A stretch of DNA of 63,988 nt, counting the filler, from Barthelona sp. PAP020 (taxonomy: Eukaryota): NCBI GenBank assembly GCA_040182905.1. It is 6 parts of 6 records of this genome, joined end to end, with 100 filler letters (N's around TTAATTAATTAA, not from the genome) between each part and the next. Parts side by side here need not be neighbours in the genome. Positions count along the whole stretch, not along the records: positions 33,428 to 44,448 come from JARQWU010000388.1; 5 more parts are not named here. The stretch is one strand, 5' to 3'. Made by a program: the position numbers and the translations under genes. The first letter of the stretch is position 1. The number at the start of each line of letters is the position of its first letter. The notes under the pieces were generated by a model. It saw only the letters and a list, made by a program, of their open reading frames with translations. It was not told where the DNA came from and did not search any database. Positions 33,428 through 43,940 of this stretch are shown here, in pieces.

Positions 33428-33518
33428 TTCGATTTTATCAATAAATTACAGCTTTATTTTTACCCTTGTTGTTTCTCAATTTTTTTTTTTTTTGCAGTTG
33501 TCTTTAAAAAATGAGTTT

Positions 33519-34370
33519 ATGAACAGTGGAAATTTAAAATCAAAAAATGTTGAACATTTTCTTCAGGCCATTGAAGAATTAAATCTTTGTGGACAACTTA
33601 GTCCACAAACACGAATCTTTTTAACCAAAGAACAAAATAATGTATTAGATGAATATTTAAAACAACATCCTGAAAGTGTAAATCAACAAAAACAATTATT
33701 TATCAAAGGAAATGGCTTCAAAACAAAGTTTTCCTCTTCTTCTTTCCCTAAAGCAGATGCAGAAGAAGAACAGTTTGACTTTATTGAAGGTGAAATTTTA
33801 AAATTTGACTCAAGTGATGATGATTTTAATTTATTTGAAGGGAATCTTATTGTAAATGATATATTTCAATTGAAAGTTGCTATATTAAACGAGATTTATC
33901 CGTCTTTTTTGGATAATATCTTACCATCATTAATAAAACACGTTTTACACAAACAAAAAAATGCGGTTCACATGCAGTTGACTTCACCTCCAAATGTTGT
34001 TTTAAGCGAAATAAATAGTTCTTCAGATTCATTTGAGCATTTTAATGTTGTTCCAATAATGGGAACACCTGAGGAAGAATCACCAGTTTTGAATGGGATT
34101 TTTCAAACATTTCAAAGTCCTGATTCTCCCGTTATATCAACAGTTTCAAATTCAAATCAATACAGTGTTCACACTTTATCGTTCAATCCAAATAAAAACA
34201 GTATAAATGATCCAAATCTTGTGAAAAAGAACCTCAGATTTAATTCAAGAGTTGATAAACAATATGATCCGTACAGAATTAGAAACACTTTTAACACTTT
34301 ATCGAGGCATCAAAAGAAAAGAACAAAAAAAATTGACAGTTTTATTTTAACTGGAAGCAAAAATTGGTAG
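33519..34370 (+). CDS. Hypothetical protein
   Basis: ORF of about 283 aa from the first ATG; no family recognised. Confidence 0.6.
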   Translation: MNSGNLKSKNVEHFLQAIEELNLCGQLSPQTRIFLTKEQNNVLDEYLKQHPESVNQQKQLFIKGNGFKTKFSSSSFPKADAEEEQFDFIEGEILKFDSSDDDFNLFEGNLIVNDIFQLKVAILNEIYPSFLDNILPSLIKHVLHKQKNAVHMQLTSPPNVVLSEINSSSDSFEHFNVVPIMGTPEEESPVLNGIFQTFQSPDSPVISTVSNSNQYSVHTLSFNPNKNSINDPNLVKKNLRFNSRVDKQYDPYRIRNTFNTLSRHQKKRTKKIDSFILTGSKNW

Positions 34371-34524
34371 TATTTTATAAAATAATTTTGAATTTGAATA
34401 TGTGTTTTTTCTTCTTCATGATTGATCTCGATTAAAAAAATAATCAAATAAAAAAATTGTATAACATTACCGTTTATTGACTATGCACGAAATTCACGGC
34501 ATAAAAGGAAATAATTAAACAAAA

Positions 34525-34883
34525 TTAGAGGAAACCAATACCGAAATCAGAAGATTCTTCTTCTTCTTCTTCTTCTTCTTCTTCAGCTTCAGCGGCAGCT
34601 GTAGTTTCAGCAGGACCAGAAGAAGCGGCAACAGCAGATGTAGAAGGACCAGCAGAAGCGGCACCAGCAATAAGTTCCTTAAGGTCAAGATTGGCAAGAA
34701 CACCAGCATAGATCTTGGGAAGATAAGCTTCGAAAGAAATCTTGGCAGCAGTTAAGATGCTTGAAATAGCTTCAGGCTAAATAGTTAGAAAATAATTGAA
34801 GAACATCAAGATACTGTAATAGGTAATCCTTCATCTTGAAGAATAAGTGCAGAGTAGAGAATAGCGCGTTGGACGTCTTGCAT
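34525..34883 (-). CDS. RPLP1: 60S acidic ribosomal protein P1, two exons (34883-34815 and 34776-34525), 106 aa
   Basis: Spliced translation MQDVQRAILYSALILQDEGLPIT|PEAISSILTAAKISFEAYFPKIYA...EEEEEEEEEESSDFGIGFL*; the ORF track shows only a wrong-frame piece. Confidence 0.93.
34777..34814 (-). other. 38-nt spliceosomal GT-AG intron in RPLP1
   Basis: GTATCTTGATGTTCTTCAATTATTTTCTAACTATTTAG; contains an in-frame TGA; removal restores the P1 frame; CTAAC branch motif next to the 3' AG. Confidence 0.9.
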
Positions 34884-34980
34884 AGGAAACTAAAACGGTT
34901 CTAAGAAAGTAGAAAATAAATTTTTTCATCCCAACTTTTCTCCCAATTTTTTAACAATTTTTTAAAACCACCAATTTTCC

Positions 34981-35298
34981 ATGAGTTCAGTTGAAGAAAC
35001 ATTAACCAGAATACAACAACATCCAGGTGTTGAAGGATTTATTATTCTCAATAATGAAGGAAGCGTTGTAAGACGCTCAAAAAGTTTTGAGGATGATGAC
35101 AAACTTGAAATGGTCAATTTATATGCAGATCTTTTGAAAGATTTTTCTGCCCAAAGCAAATCAGCCGTTAGAGATTTAGATCCAACAAATGAGCTTTCAT
35201 TTATTCGTTTACGTTCAGAAAAACATGAAATAATGATTGCTCCTGAACAACAGTATACCATTATAGTATTTCAAGATCCCTCTCAACAAGCTATGTGA
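34981..35298 (+). CDS. DYNLRB: Dynein light chain roadblock/LC7
   Basis: VEETLTRIQQHPGVEG, AVRDLDPTNELSFIRLRSEKHEIMIAP. Confidence 0.95.
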   Translation: MSSVEETLTRIQQHPGVEGFIILNNEGSVVRRSKSFEDDDKLEMVNLYADLLKDFSAQSKSAVRDLDPTNELSFIRLRSEKHEIMIAPEQQYTIIVFQDPSQQAM

Positions 35299-35528
35299 AA
35301 ATTTTTTATTTGTTTATTTCCTGTAATTTTTTTTCATTTTTAGGTGCTTATTATTTGTTTGTATAAAAAATATATATTATTCTGAAAACTTTCTTTTTTG
35401 TAAGACAACTGCAAAAAAAAAAAAAATTGAGAAACAACAAGGGTAAAAATAAAGCTGTAATTTATTGATAAAATCGAACATATATCTATGACTAGTCCTA
35501 TATCTCTATCCTGTTTATGTGTGCACAA

Positions 35529-35993
35529 TTATTCCTTGATTTGACGATATTCAAGAATCATCTCAATACCCATAGAGGAGGTAGTGGTAACGGTAAGTCT
35601 TTCTTCAGCAGCAAAAAGTTCCTTGATCTTTTGACCGACTTCAGTGTCAGGAATTTGAAGATCTTCACGGAAATTTTCACCTTGCATCAATTGACAGAAT
35701 CCAGAGTCGTCAATGAAAAGAAGTTCATATTCTTGACGTGTGACGAAGGGAACTTGAACATTGTGAGAAGAAGATTCAAGCATTTCAGCCTTGGAACCAT
35801 CAAAAATATCATAACCAGTGAAATTGCACTTAGCATGACCATGCTTTCCGGTCTTAGAAACACGGATATTAGAGACCTTGCAAGGTCTATCCTTAATCAT
35901 AAGATAACCACCCTTCTTAATTTGACCGGCGGCGATAGGATAAGTTAATTCTCCACTTTGAGCATTAGTATCAACGATTTCGTGATCAGACAT
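35529..35993 (-). CDS. EIF5A: Translation factor eIF5A
   Basis: Hypusination motif SKTGKHGHAK; SSHNVQVP. Confidence 0.97.
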   Translation of the reverse strand: MSDHEIVDTNAQSGELTYPIAAGQIKKGGYLMIKDRPCKVSNIRVSKTGKHGHAKCNFTGYDIFDGSKAEMLESSSHNVQVPFVTRQEYELLFIDDSGFCQLMQGENFREDLQIPDTEVGQKIKELFAAEERLTVTTTSSMGIEMILEYRQIKE

Positions 35994-36295
35994 TTTGATT
36001 TAAAAAAAAGTAAAACAATAAAAGTTTTGGAAACGTAAAAGTTGCAAAATTTTTTCATCACTTAAATCAACTTCAGCACAATTCTTTGACTTTTTTATTG
36101 AATTGAGGAAGGGATCAAATATATTTTGAAAGTCTACAGAAGAAAAATTTAAATTTGGGAAATTTTTTTCGATTTCCAAATTATCATAGCAAACCCTAAA
36201 ATTGTCGATTCTTTCACAAAAATAGTGTGAAACGATAAAAAATAAAAAAGACTAAATGTAATTTATTGCAAAATATATCGATTTGACAACAAAAT

Positions 36296-38002
36296 TTAAA
36301 AAGCTGGTGCAGCTTTTAAAGGAGTACTAATTTCTTCATCAAAAATGGAACCAGTTCTTAAATGACTTTTTGTTAATGGAGTGGAAAGCCATGAAGATGT
36401 CATATTTGTGGGAGAAGAACAACTAAAAGGTGTTGGAGGAGGTAAAACTGCATTTTCTTCATCCAAACCATTTGGAATTTGTAATGGAAACAACAAACTT
36501 TTATTGTTAGTATTGCTTGATGATCCGTTACCACTTAAAAGAACATCCTGATATAAAATTCTAAATAGACACACAATTTTGAATTTCGAAAATTGAGAAC
36601 AAACATCAATAATTACTTTGTTGTCAAAACCAAAACGAGGCAACAATTCTAAAGGCAAGGTTGAAACATCAAAAGAAACATTCATTAAATCTGAGAAATT
36701 TTGAATATTTTGGTCTGAAATATTCAAACTTTTCAAACTGTCCTTCAAAGTATTGGAAGAAAGAATAATTTCTTCAAAGCTATCTATAATCAACAATAAT
36801 TCCTCCAAAAAATTGTTTGTAAACATTTGTAAAGTTTCAAAACTTTCTCCTTCTGGCGTGTCAATACTGTTATATATGGAAAAAGATTGAAATTTTTCAA
36901 CAATGAATTTTGTCAAAGAAATGTCTAATTTTTCAAGCATTTCAACAGGCTCAAGCTTGATTTCATCGTTAATCCATGATTTCAGCAAACAAATCTTTTT
37001 ATAGTGAGAATAATCCAAATTGACAGCAAAATTATTGGTTTCAACAGGTCCAAGATCTGTATTGTTCTGTACATATAATGTTAAGCTATCAGGGGTGCTA
37101 AATTTATAACTTTTAGAGGTGGAATTTACTTTTTTAATTTTCTTTTTATTTTTCTTTATTTGTTCTTCAATACGCTGGTCCATCAATTCAACCTTTTTAG
37201 CAAATATATCATGTTTTAATTGCTCTCGTTTACAAACCTTCTGTGTCATATTAAATACAGTTAAAAATTGCTTTTCCAAGCAATGTAAAAGTGAGGCTGA
37301 TGTGGCCTTTATAGGGGTTGTTTTCGGTGGATGGGTTTTGATAGCATCTGTAGTTGGTTCATAAAACTTCCGTAAATGATCAGCAATTTCTTCATAAGCC
37401 AATTGCGGTATTAGAGGTCTCTTGAGATTTTGTCTTTTACTTAAAAAGTAATTATAATATATGTTAGAATCTTTTAATGGAAGACCCAAAACAAATGAAG
37501 CATCATGTTTGGTAATATACAAATAATTCCAATCTACATCAGGTTGTGGTGGTAACTCAGAAGGATGAGTCTTTTTTTTGTTTTTCTTTTTCTTTGATGA
37601 ATACACTAAACTATTTCGGTACTTTTTAAACCATTCTTTTTCCAAAGCTGTTAAATACATTTGTAATTTTTTTTGTGTCATATCAATTCCTTTACTTTTA
37701 CAATCTTTAATAAACTCTAAATCATTTTCATCCAAATCATATTCATTCGGATATGAATAATTATACATGGATCTGATATATGTGTTTGGTAATTGATATG
37801 GTTTGAGTAGTTTTTCAAGGTTAATATCCGAACGTATTGAAGTGGCGGGGATGGGAATTTTTTTTGTCCCAGTTTGCAAATATTTTTTCAAGTCTTCCTC
37901 TTGAGATTCTCCATCTTGAACTCCATATATTTTGGTTTTGGGTTTTGAAGGTACAAAATTGGAGGTCGAGAAGTGGATTTGAATTGGAAAGTTCTCATCC
38001 AT
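36296..38002 (-). CDS. Enhancer of polycomb-like protein (EPL1 domain)
   Basis: IPIP, YQLPNTYIR, EYDLDENDLEF, LEKE, IYYNYFLSKR..PLIPQL, KREQLK. Confidence 0.7.
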   Translation of the reverse strand: MDENFPIQIHFSTSNFVPSKPKTKIYGVQDGESQEEDLKKYLQTGTKKIPIPATSIRSDINLEKLLKPYQLPNTYIRSMYNYSYPNEYDLDENDLEFIKDCKSKGIDMTQKKLQMYLTALEKEWFKKYRNSLVYSSKKKKNKKKTHPSELPPQPDVDWNYLYITKHDASFVLGLPLKDSNIYYNYFLSKRQNLKRPLIPQLAYEEIADHLRKFYEPTTDAIKTHPPKTTPIKATSASLLHCLEKQFLTVFNMTQKVCKREQLKHDIFAKKVELMDQRIEEQIKKNKKKIKKVNSTSKSYKFSTPDSLTLYVQNNTDLGPVETNNFAVNLDYSHYKKICLLKSWINDEIKLEPVEMLEKLDISLTKFIVEKFQSFSIYNSIDTPEGESFETLQMFTNNFLEELLLIIDSFEEIILSSNTLKDSLKSLNISDQNIQNFSDLMNVSFDVSTLPLELLPRFGFDNKVIIDVCSQFSKFKIVCLFRILYQDVLLSGNGSSSNTNNKSLLFPLQIPNGLDEENAVLPPPTPFSCSSPTNMTSSWLSTPLTKSHLRTGSIFDEEISTPLKAAPAF

Positions 38003-38935
38003 TCGGGAGAAAAACTTGGCTTTTGAATTTTTTTTGAAACTTTTTGTAATTTTTTATTTTTTGGTTTTATTTAAAAAACGTAACTTTTAGATCACTACCT
38101 TTAAAATTTATGTAGAATAAATTGTAATAAGTCTTTGTCTCTCAAAAAAAAAAGTTCTTCTGTTTTGCTTTTTTTTTTGTTGTCAAATTTTGCAAACAAC
38201 TCATGAAAATTGTGAAGATTCTCCTTTAATACACTTTAAAAAATGAATCAAGAAAATTAAATGAGATTTTTAATATTTTGGAAGTTCTACAGAATTTAGA
38301 CTTGTAGATCTATTAAACAAAGATAAATAATTCAAATTATTGATACTTGGTGGAAGAAAGTGTCATTTGATTGTTTTCTCTCAATTTTTTTCTGTGCTTT
38401 GAAAAGTGATAATTGCTTTAGTTAATCTGTTTGGTTTGTGAAACTTGAATAGAAGTTAGCAATTTTTAAGTATCATTTTGTGTTGTTCATCGAAATATTG
38501 ACATTTGAATGAAATTGATTTGTTGTGGATTTGCTTGTGGATTGAAATGTGTTCCATGAATTTTTAGATCTCAATTGTTTGTAAAAAGTGTTATAAAAAT
38601 ATGAATAATATTGGAAATAATTTTGACCATTGGTGTTGGTAAAAAACAAATGAGTAAAGAATTTTGTTTTTTTTTTGTTGTTGAAGAGGAACAATTTGAA
38701 GGTTTGAACCATGTAAATTTTTGGTATTATTGACGCAGTGGAAAGAGGATTAGAATAATGGTGTTATTGTATTTGAAGTTCTTTGATTCATTTCAAACTT
38801 TGAAAGAGTTTCAAAATGTAGCTATTTCATTTTTAAATATTTTGAAAGGTTGCTTTTTTTGGAAATTCTGCGAATCAGGCAAAAATCAAAAATTACATCA
38901 ATTTACAAATGTGAAAAATCTGAAAAACTATTAAC

Positions 38936-40501
38936 TTATAATTCTTCTGTGATAGGAGCATCATCTTTAGTTTTGTAGTTTAGAACAAAACCAACATCAA
39001 AATGATTTTTGTTGAAAGAATTTAACTCCAGTTTACAAGTATAAAATTCTTCTTGTTTCAAATAAACACAGTTTTTAATATTATTGGGAATTATTGGTTT
39101 GATTGAATAAGCTTTATTCTGGGAAATGGGAATTGAAAATTCCAAATCAACCACAACATTCATCGAGAACTTATTCACAATATCAAACTTATAAAAGTTT
39201 TGTTGTTCATTTCCTTTAGTTAAAAGACCTTTCGTTTCTGAATACTTGTCGGTATAGTAATTTTCAACCAGGACTGAACTTCTTCCAATCACAATTATAA
39301 ACTCCTCTAAAGAGAATCTGTTCATCATTATACTGCCAATTGTTTGTTTATTTGATCTAATAATCATGTTTCCTTCAGGCAAATTCCATTTTAAATCTGT
39401 TTCGGAATCCAACGTTGATGCAATAATTTTAAAGGCAACACGTTCTGAAACTTGGGGTCTACAAACCAAACCTCCTGATATTTTCAAATTTATTCTGGTT
39501 AACTGAATTTTTGTTGGCTGAAAAGAATTGAGTGATTTAACTTTAGCAACGAAGACTGGAATGTTGATATCAATTTCAGAATGAATCTGGGGAAGATTAA
39601 AATTCACACGTTCGAGATCCATTTCTTCTTGAAAATCCGCTTGCATTTTCATTTCCCCACCAAATGCATATTGATTCATCTTAAATTGTCTAAAATCTCT
39701 TTGTTTTTCTTTTCCAATTCTTAACCGTGGTAATTCAGGTAGTTTATTTGACACTTCTGAGGATGAAATCACCAAAGTGACATTTTCAAAGTTTTTTTCC
39801 GAACTTTGCGTGAAGCTAAGATAATGGCTTAAATATCCATTACATTGAGTGGTGGATTCATCTTTAATTGTTGAGCTTAAACATTCTGTAATATTTTCAA
39901 GATCTAAGATATAAGAATGACTGACATCAATTCTAACCATCTTATAACTAATAACTAAAGTAAAGGTCTCGGGTTCATTAGAAAGATTCTCAAAACAAAT
40001 CCTTGCTATACTCTTTGTTGCTGAAAGTCTTCTTTTTTCTTCCTTAGATAACAAATTGATTTTTTCATTTAGTTCATCTATAGCGCGATTCATAACTTCA
40101 ACATTGAACAAATCGTCATATTCTAATTTTTTCTTTGAAAGTGTGAGATTTCTCAAAACTATTTGTTCATCAAGCTTGTAATACAATTCTTTCAACTCCT
40201 TAGAGGGTTCAAAATAGTTTGGAAGCGACAATAATTCAATGGTAGATAAAACAACATTTTCATTATCAATACTTTCCACTAAAACACTGTTGCTTATTCC
40301 ATTTTTTCCTAAATTATAAGATTTACATGCATAAGTGTCAGTTAAATAATCATCTTTATCAAAAAAAATGTTATCTTTCACAATCACCTCATTTGGATTG
40401 ATATAAATGGTCGTTCCTTCAACAAAAGTGATATAACAAAGGATAAATAATTGAATCCACAATACGTTCATTATAAAAAAAGACTCGTTTGAACATTTCA
40501 C
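38936..40501 (-). CDS. DUF4139/DUF4140-type protein with putative signal peptide
   Basis: Hydrophobic N-terminus; coiled coil; FTQSSEKNFENVTLVISS, RPQVS, LPEG, IPISQNKAYSIK; track start is non-ATG, first Met about 30 nt inside. Confidence 0.65.
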   Translation of the reverse strand: MKCSNESFFIMNVLWIQLFILCYITFVEGTTIYINPNEVIVKDNIFFDKDDYLTDTYACKSYNLGKNGISNSVLVESIDNENVVLSTIELLSLPNYFEPSKELKELYYKLDEQIVLRNLTLSKKKLEYDDLFNVEVMNRAIDELNEKINLLSKEEKRRLSATKSIARICFENLSNEPETFTLVISYKMVRIDVSHSYILDLENITECLSSTIKDESTTQCNGYLSHYLSFTQSSEKNFENVTLVISSSEVSNKLPELPRLRIGKEKQRDFRQFKMNQYAFGGEMKMQADFQEEMDLERVNFNLPQIHSEIDINIPVFVAKVKSLNSFQPTKIQLTRINLKISGGLVCRPQVSERVAFKIIASTLDSETDLKWNLPEGNMIIRSNKQTIGSIMMNRFSLEEFIIVIGRSSVLVENYYTDKYSETKGLLTKGNEQQNFYKFDIVNKFSMNVVVDLEFSIPISQNKAYSIKPIIPNNIKNCVYLKQEEFYTCKLELNSFNKNHFDVGFVLNYKTKDDAPITEEL

Positions 40502-40593
40502 AGTTGTTTGAAAAATTGTATAATTGAAAAGAAAGACCTGTTTATTATAATTTACGTTGTTTCTATCAAATTAAAAAAAACTATGTACAAAAT

Positions 40594-41415
40594 TTATTCA
40601 TAAAACAAATTTTCCAGGGAGTTTCTGCAAATGGAATGAAAAGTTAAATCAAATAAACCTCCAAGAAGTGTAATTTTCCAATCGATTTTGTTAAAATAGG
40701 TTAATTGAAAAGATCTATTGCTTAATTTTTCTATAGGAAAAGTAAAAGTACGTTTTAAACAGGCCAACAGTTCAAAATCAACAAAAGGAAATTTATCAAT
40801 TTTAATACCACAAATAACCAATTGCCTTTTGTCCTTTAAAGAGATATTCTTAAGGAAATTGGTGTTTAGTAATAACCTGCCCCAATATGATGGATGAAAC
40901 ACACAAACCATCAACAATTCTACCATATAAGGTTCCAAAGTTACAGAACCTACATTAGAAATTGTGTTTGCCAATGTGATAATATCCTCTTCAACATCTT
41001 TGCTGTAATTTTTAAGGGTATTTTCTGAGAGAAAAAGTTTGTTTAAGGTTAAATTGAGAAATCGAATGACATCCAAAAAAGGAATTGGACAAACAGGCAA
41101 ATTTGCTTTTTCTTTTAAAATACAAAGATAACTAGAATGTTTTTTTTTAATTCTTTCTAAATATGAAGAAAAATTGGGAATGATTGAATAAAAAGATGTA
41201 AAATTTTCTATTCTTTCCAAATAAATATGTAATCCATAAAAAGCATTGGACCAAAAAAGGGTGTCTTCCCAAAATAATTCGATAAATTTAAATACTTTCT
41301 TTTTACAACCATTATTTATTGATTTCATAATTACAGATGCAAAAATAAATCCATGATGTGGAATATCTAATGAAAACTGTTCAAAATAATCTTCTATGAA
41401 AACATTATATTGCAT
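40594..41415 (-). CDS. Hypothetical protein (273 aa)
   Basis: ATG-initiated ORF followed by the shared 3' motif; no family recognised. Confidence 0.6.
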   Translation of the reverse strand: MQYNVFIEDYFEQFSLDIPHHGFIFASVIMKSINNGCKKKVFKFIELFWEDTLFWSNAFYGLHIYLERIENFTSFYSIIPNFSSYLERIKKKHSSYLCILKEKANLPVCPIPFLDVIRFLNLTLNKLFLSENTLKNYSKDVEEDIITLANTISNVGSVTLEPYMVELLMVCVFHPSYWGRLLLNTNFLKNISLKDKRQLVICGIKIDKFPFVDFELLACLKRTFTFPIEKLSNRSFQLTYFNKIDWKITLLGGLFDLTFHSICRNSLENLFYE

Positions 41416-41479
41416 GAGAAAAAAAAAGAAAAGACATTATCAATTCAGATATTTTCCAATTCGAAATTTGATTAACTTA

Positions 41480-42724
41480 ATGAATGAAGAAACAAGCGAA
41501 TATTTAAAATCATTGTGTTCAATTAATATTGAAGAAGAGAATTATCAACTTCTTTCAAGTGATGATAATTATTCTATTGCCAATATTGAGTTTTCTAATT
41601 CAGGAAAATATTTTTTAATGACAACAAAACAATATAAAAATAAAAACAATGTGGTGTTATGGGATGTTGAAACTCAAACAATAGTTCGAGAATATAGTGA
41701 TCATACCGAACATGTCAATAGATGCTGTTTTTCATCAGATGATGTTTATTTTGCAACATGTTCTAATGATTTAAAAGTGATAATATATTGTTTGGAGACT
41801 CTTGAAATTTTCAAAATTATTAAACATTCCACCCATGTTTTAGATATCTGTTTTTCTTTTGATTGTAGATCTATATATTCTTGTAATTTGAGTGGATTTT
41901 TAAAAGAAAATGAGCTTGAAGCCAATATATGTAAAAGGGAGTTCATATTTGAAGAAAAGTTTGTTGATTCAATCAATTGTTTTAAATTTTCTCCAAATTT
42001 AGAATATTTGGTGACGGGATCTGATAATAACACTGCTAAATTAATATCTGTGAATAATTTTGAGGTTTTGAATGTTTTTGGTGAGCATGGTTATCATATT
42101 ACTGCTGTAAATATCAGTAATAAGGTAGTTATAACGGTTTCATTAGATCGAATAATGAACATCTGGGATATTCGAACATTTTCTTTAGTAAAAACACTAA
42201 AAGTACGTGGGTGTGTGAGAAAAGTTGAAATTCTTTGGAACGATGACATTTTGACCCTTTTTCACGGTCATTTCTGGATATATGATGGGACAACCTATGA
42301 TATCAAACAAAAAGTCAATTGTGGGTGCTTTCGTCCCATGAGTGGATTTGCAATATTTGAGAAGAAATATTTGGTTTGTGGTGTTTGTGGTGTTTCTGGT
42401 GTTTGTGATAAAAAGCAAGGAGATGGATTGTTGAGACTTTACTCTGTCACTCATGATTTTTGGCATAGTATTGAGGAAATTTTGGAGTTGCAGAGGAAAG
42501 TGGGTGGAATCATTAAAGAATTGTCAGTTTCTTGGCGTGTTAAAGAATATTCAGAATTTGTGAGAAAACTTGTTTCTTTAGGAATTGTGATGGATCTTGA
42601 AGAGTTTGAACTGATCTCTAACATTTCTTGGGACTTGTGTGGATTAAATGAAAGTAATGGTGGAAATATGCATTTATTTATGAACATAAATGCAAATATT
42701 GATGTTGAAAGTGACGAGGATTAA
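41480..42724 (+). CDS. WD40-repeat protein
   Basis: VVLWD, HTEHVNRCCFSSD..ATCSND, FSPN..VTGSD, SLDRIMNIWD; start at MNEETS avoids overlap with the divergent gene. Confidence 0.85.
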   Translation: MNEETSEYLKSLCSINIEEENYQLLSSDDNYSIANIEFSNSGKYFLMTTKQYKNKNNVVLWDVETQTIVREYSDHTEHVNRCCFSSDDVYFATCSNDLKVIIYCLETLEIFKIIKHSTHVLDICFSFDCRSIYSCNLSGFLKENELEANICKREFIFEEKFVDSINCFKFSPNLEYLVTGSDNNTAKLISVNNFEVLNVFGEHGYHITAVNISNKVVITVSLDRIMNIWDIRTFSLVKTLKVRGCVRKVEILWNDDILTLFHGHFWIYDGTTYDIKQKVNCGCFRPMSGFAIFEKKYLVCGVCGVSGVCDKKQGDGLLRLYSVTHDFWHSIEEILELQRKVGGIIKELSVSWRVKEYSEFVRKLVSLGIVMDLEEFELISNISWDLCGLNESNGGNMHLFMNINANIDVESDED

Positions 42725-42785
42725 TAAAAAAAAAATTATTTTTATTTTTATTTATTTTATTTTTATTTATTTTATTTTTTGTCAT

Positions 42786-43514
42786 CTAAAGATTTAATCC
42801 TTTAACACGAATTCCAGAATCATTCTTTGAAACTAAGAATAACATTATCATTAACACACAGAAAAATAAAACAAAAAAATACTTGGTACATTTGTGCAAG
42901 GACAGAACAAATTTGGTTCTCAACATTTTGTCAATTGAATTCTCCAAATCTTGAAGTGAACCATTGTTCTGCAAAACAAAATCTGATTTTTCTTTCTTTA
43001 TTTGTAAATCCAACTGTGCTTTGATTCGTTTCTTTGCTTCATTTTCATCAAAACCATTCCTATCCATCAATCTACAAATTTGCTGACGTTCATCACATGC
43101 AACAGTAATTATTTTATCATAATATGCTAAAAGTTTAGTCTCAAACAACAAAGGAACATCCCAAATAATATGTAAATGTCCCCGAAAAAATAGGGTCTTC
43201 GACTTTTTTTCCATTTCAGCGAAAACAGCTGGATGAACGATTTTCTCAACAGAACTCTTTGTCTCAGGATCATTGAATAATAATAAGCCTAATTTTTTTC
43301 TGTCAATCTCCTTTTTATCAACTGTTAAAATATCTTCTCCAAATGTTTCGACCAATAATTCATAAACTTGATTTCCTTTCTTATACATTTCATGCACAAT
43401 TTTATCCGCATCTAAAACAGGTAAACCCTTTTTTTTTAAGATTTTTGTACAAGTACTTTTTCCTGTAGCTATACCACCAGTTAATCCATATATATTCACG
43501 AAATTTCGCCACAT
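42786..43514 (-). CDS. Dephospho-CoA kinase (CoaE/DCAKD type) with C-terminal membrane anchor
   Basis: GLTGGIATGKST, DADKIVH, IDRKKLG, VHPAV, DVPLLFE, RIKAQL; hydrophobic tail. Confidence 0.93.
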   Translation of the reverse strand: MWRNFVNIYGLTGGIATGKSTCTKILKKKGLPVLDADKIVHEMYKKGNQVYELLVETFGEDILTVDKKEIDRKKLGLLLFNDPETKSSVEKIVHPAVFAEMEKKSKTLFFRGHLHIIWDVPLLFETKLLAYYDKIITVACDERQQICRLMDRNGFDENEAKKRIKAQLDLQIKKEKSDFVLQNNGSLQDLENSIDKMLRTKFVLSLHKCTKYFFVLFFCVLMIMLFLVSKNDSGIRVKGLNL

Positions 43515-43940
43515 AAATCAATTAAATCAATTAAAAAAAAATTTCTTTATTTAACTCGCATCATTTCAAATAATATTTTCTCTTGTTTTATTACCTTTTT
43601 GATAAAATAATGAAGTATTTGTAATGAAAAACAAAATTTTTTTTTTGAAAGCATTCCAATCTTCAAAAAATCATTTTCACTTTGTCATTTAATGCTCTTT
43701 TGATACACAAACTCAATAATACTTCGAAAAATATAATTGAAGAATAATTTGGAGACTACAAAATCCATCTTTGTGTTGACAATTCCTATAATTCTCTCTC
43801 CTACATCTTTATTTTTTGATTATTTATTTTCAAAACCTTTTTCATCCCCTGAAAACAATTGAAAAAAAAAAAAGCAAGTGCTAGAAGCAGGTATCTTAAC
43901 CATTCTTCTTCTTAAACAACCATTTTGATTTTTTTTGAAG

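Noticed and set aside
33475..33497. T-tract plus GCAG as a 3' splice site ahead of the 33519 ORF
   Set aside because: No CTAAC branch motif like the one verified intron; T-tracts precede many ATGs here; the contig end prevents testing
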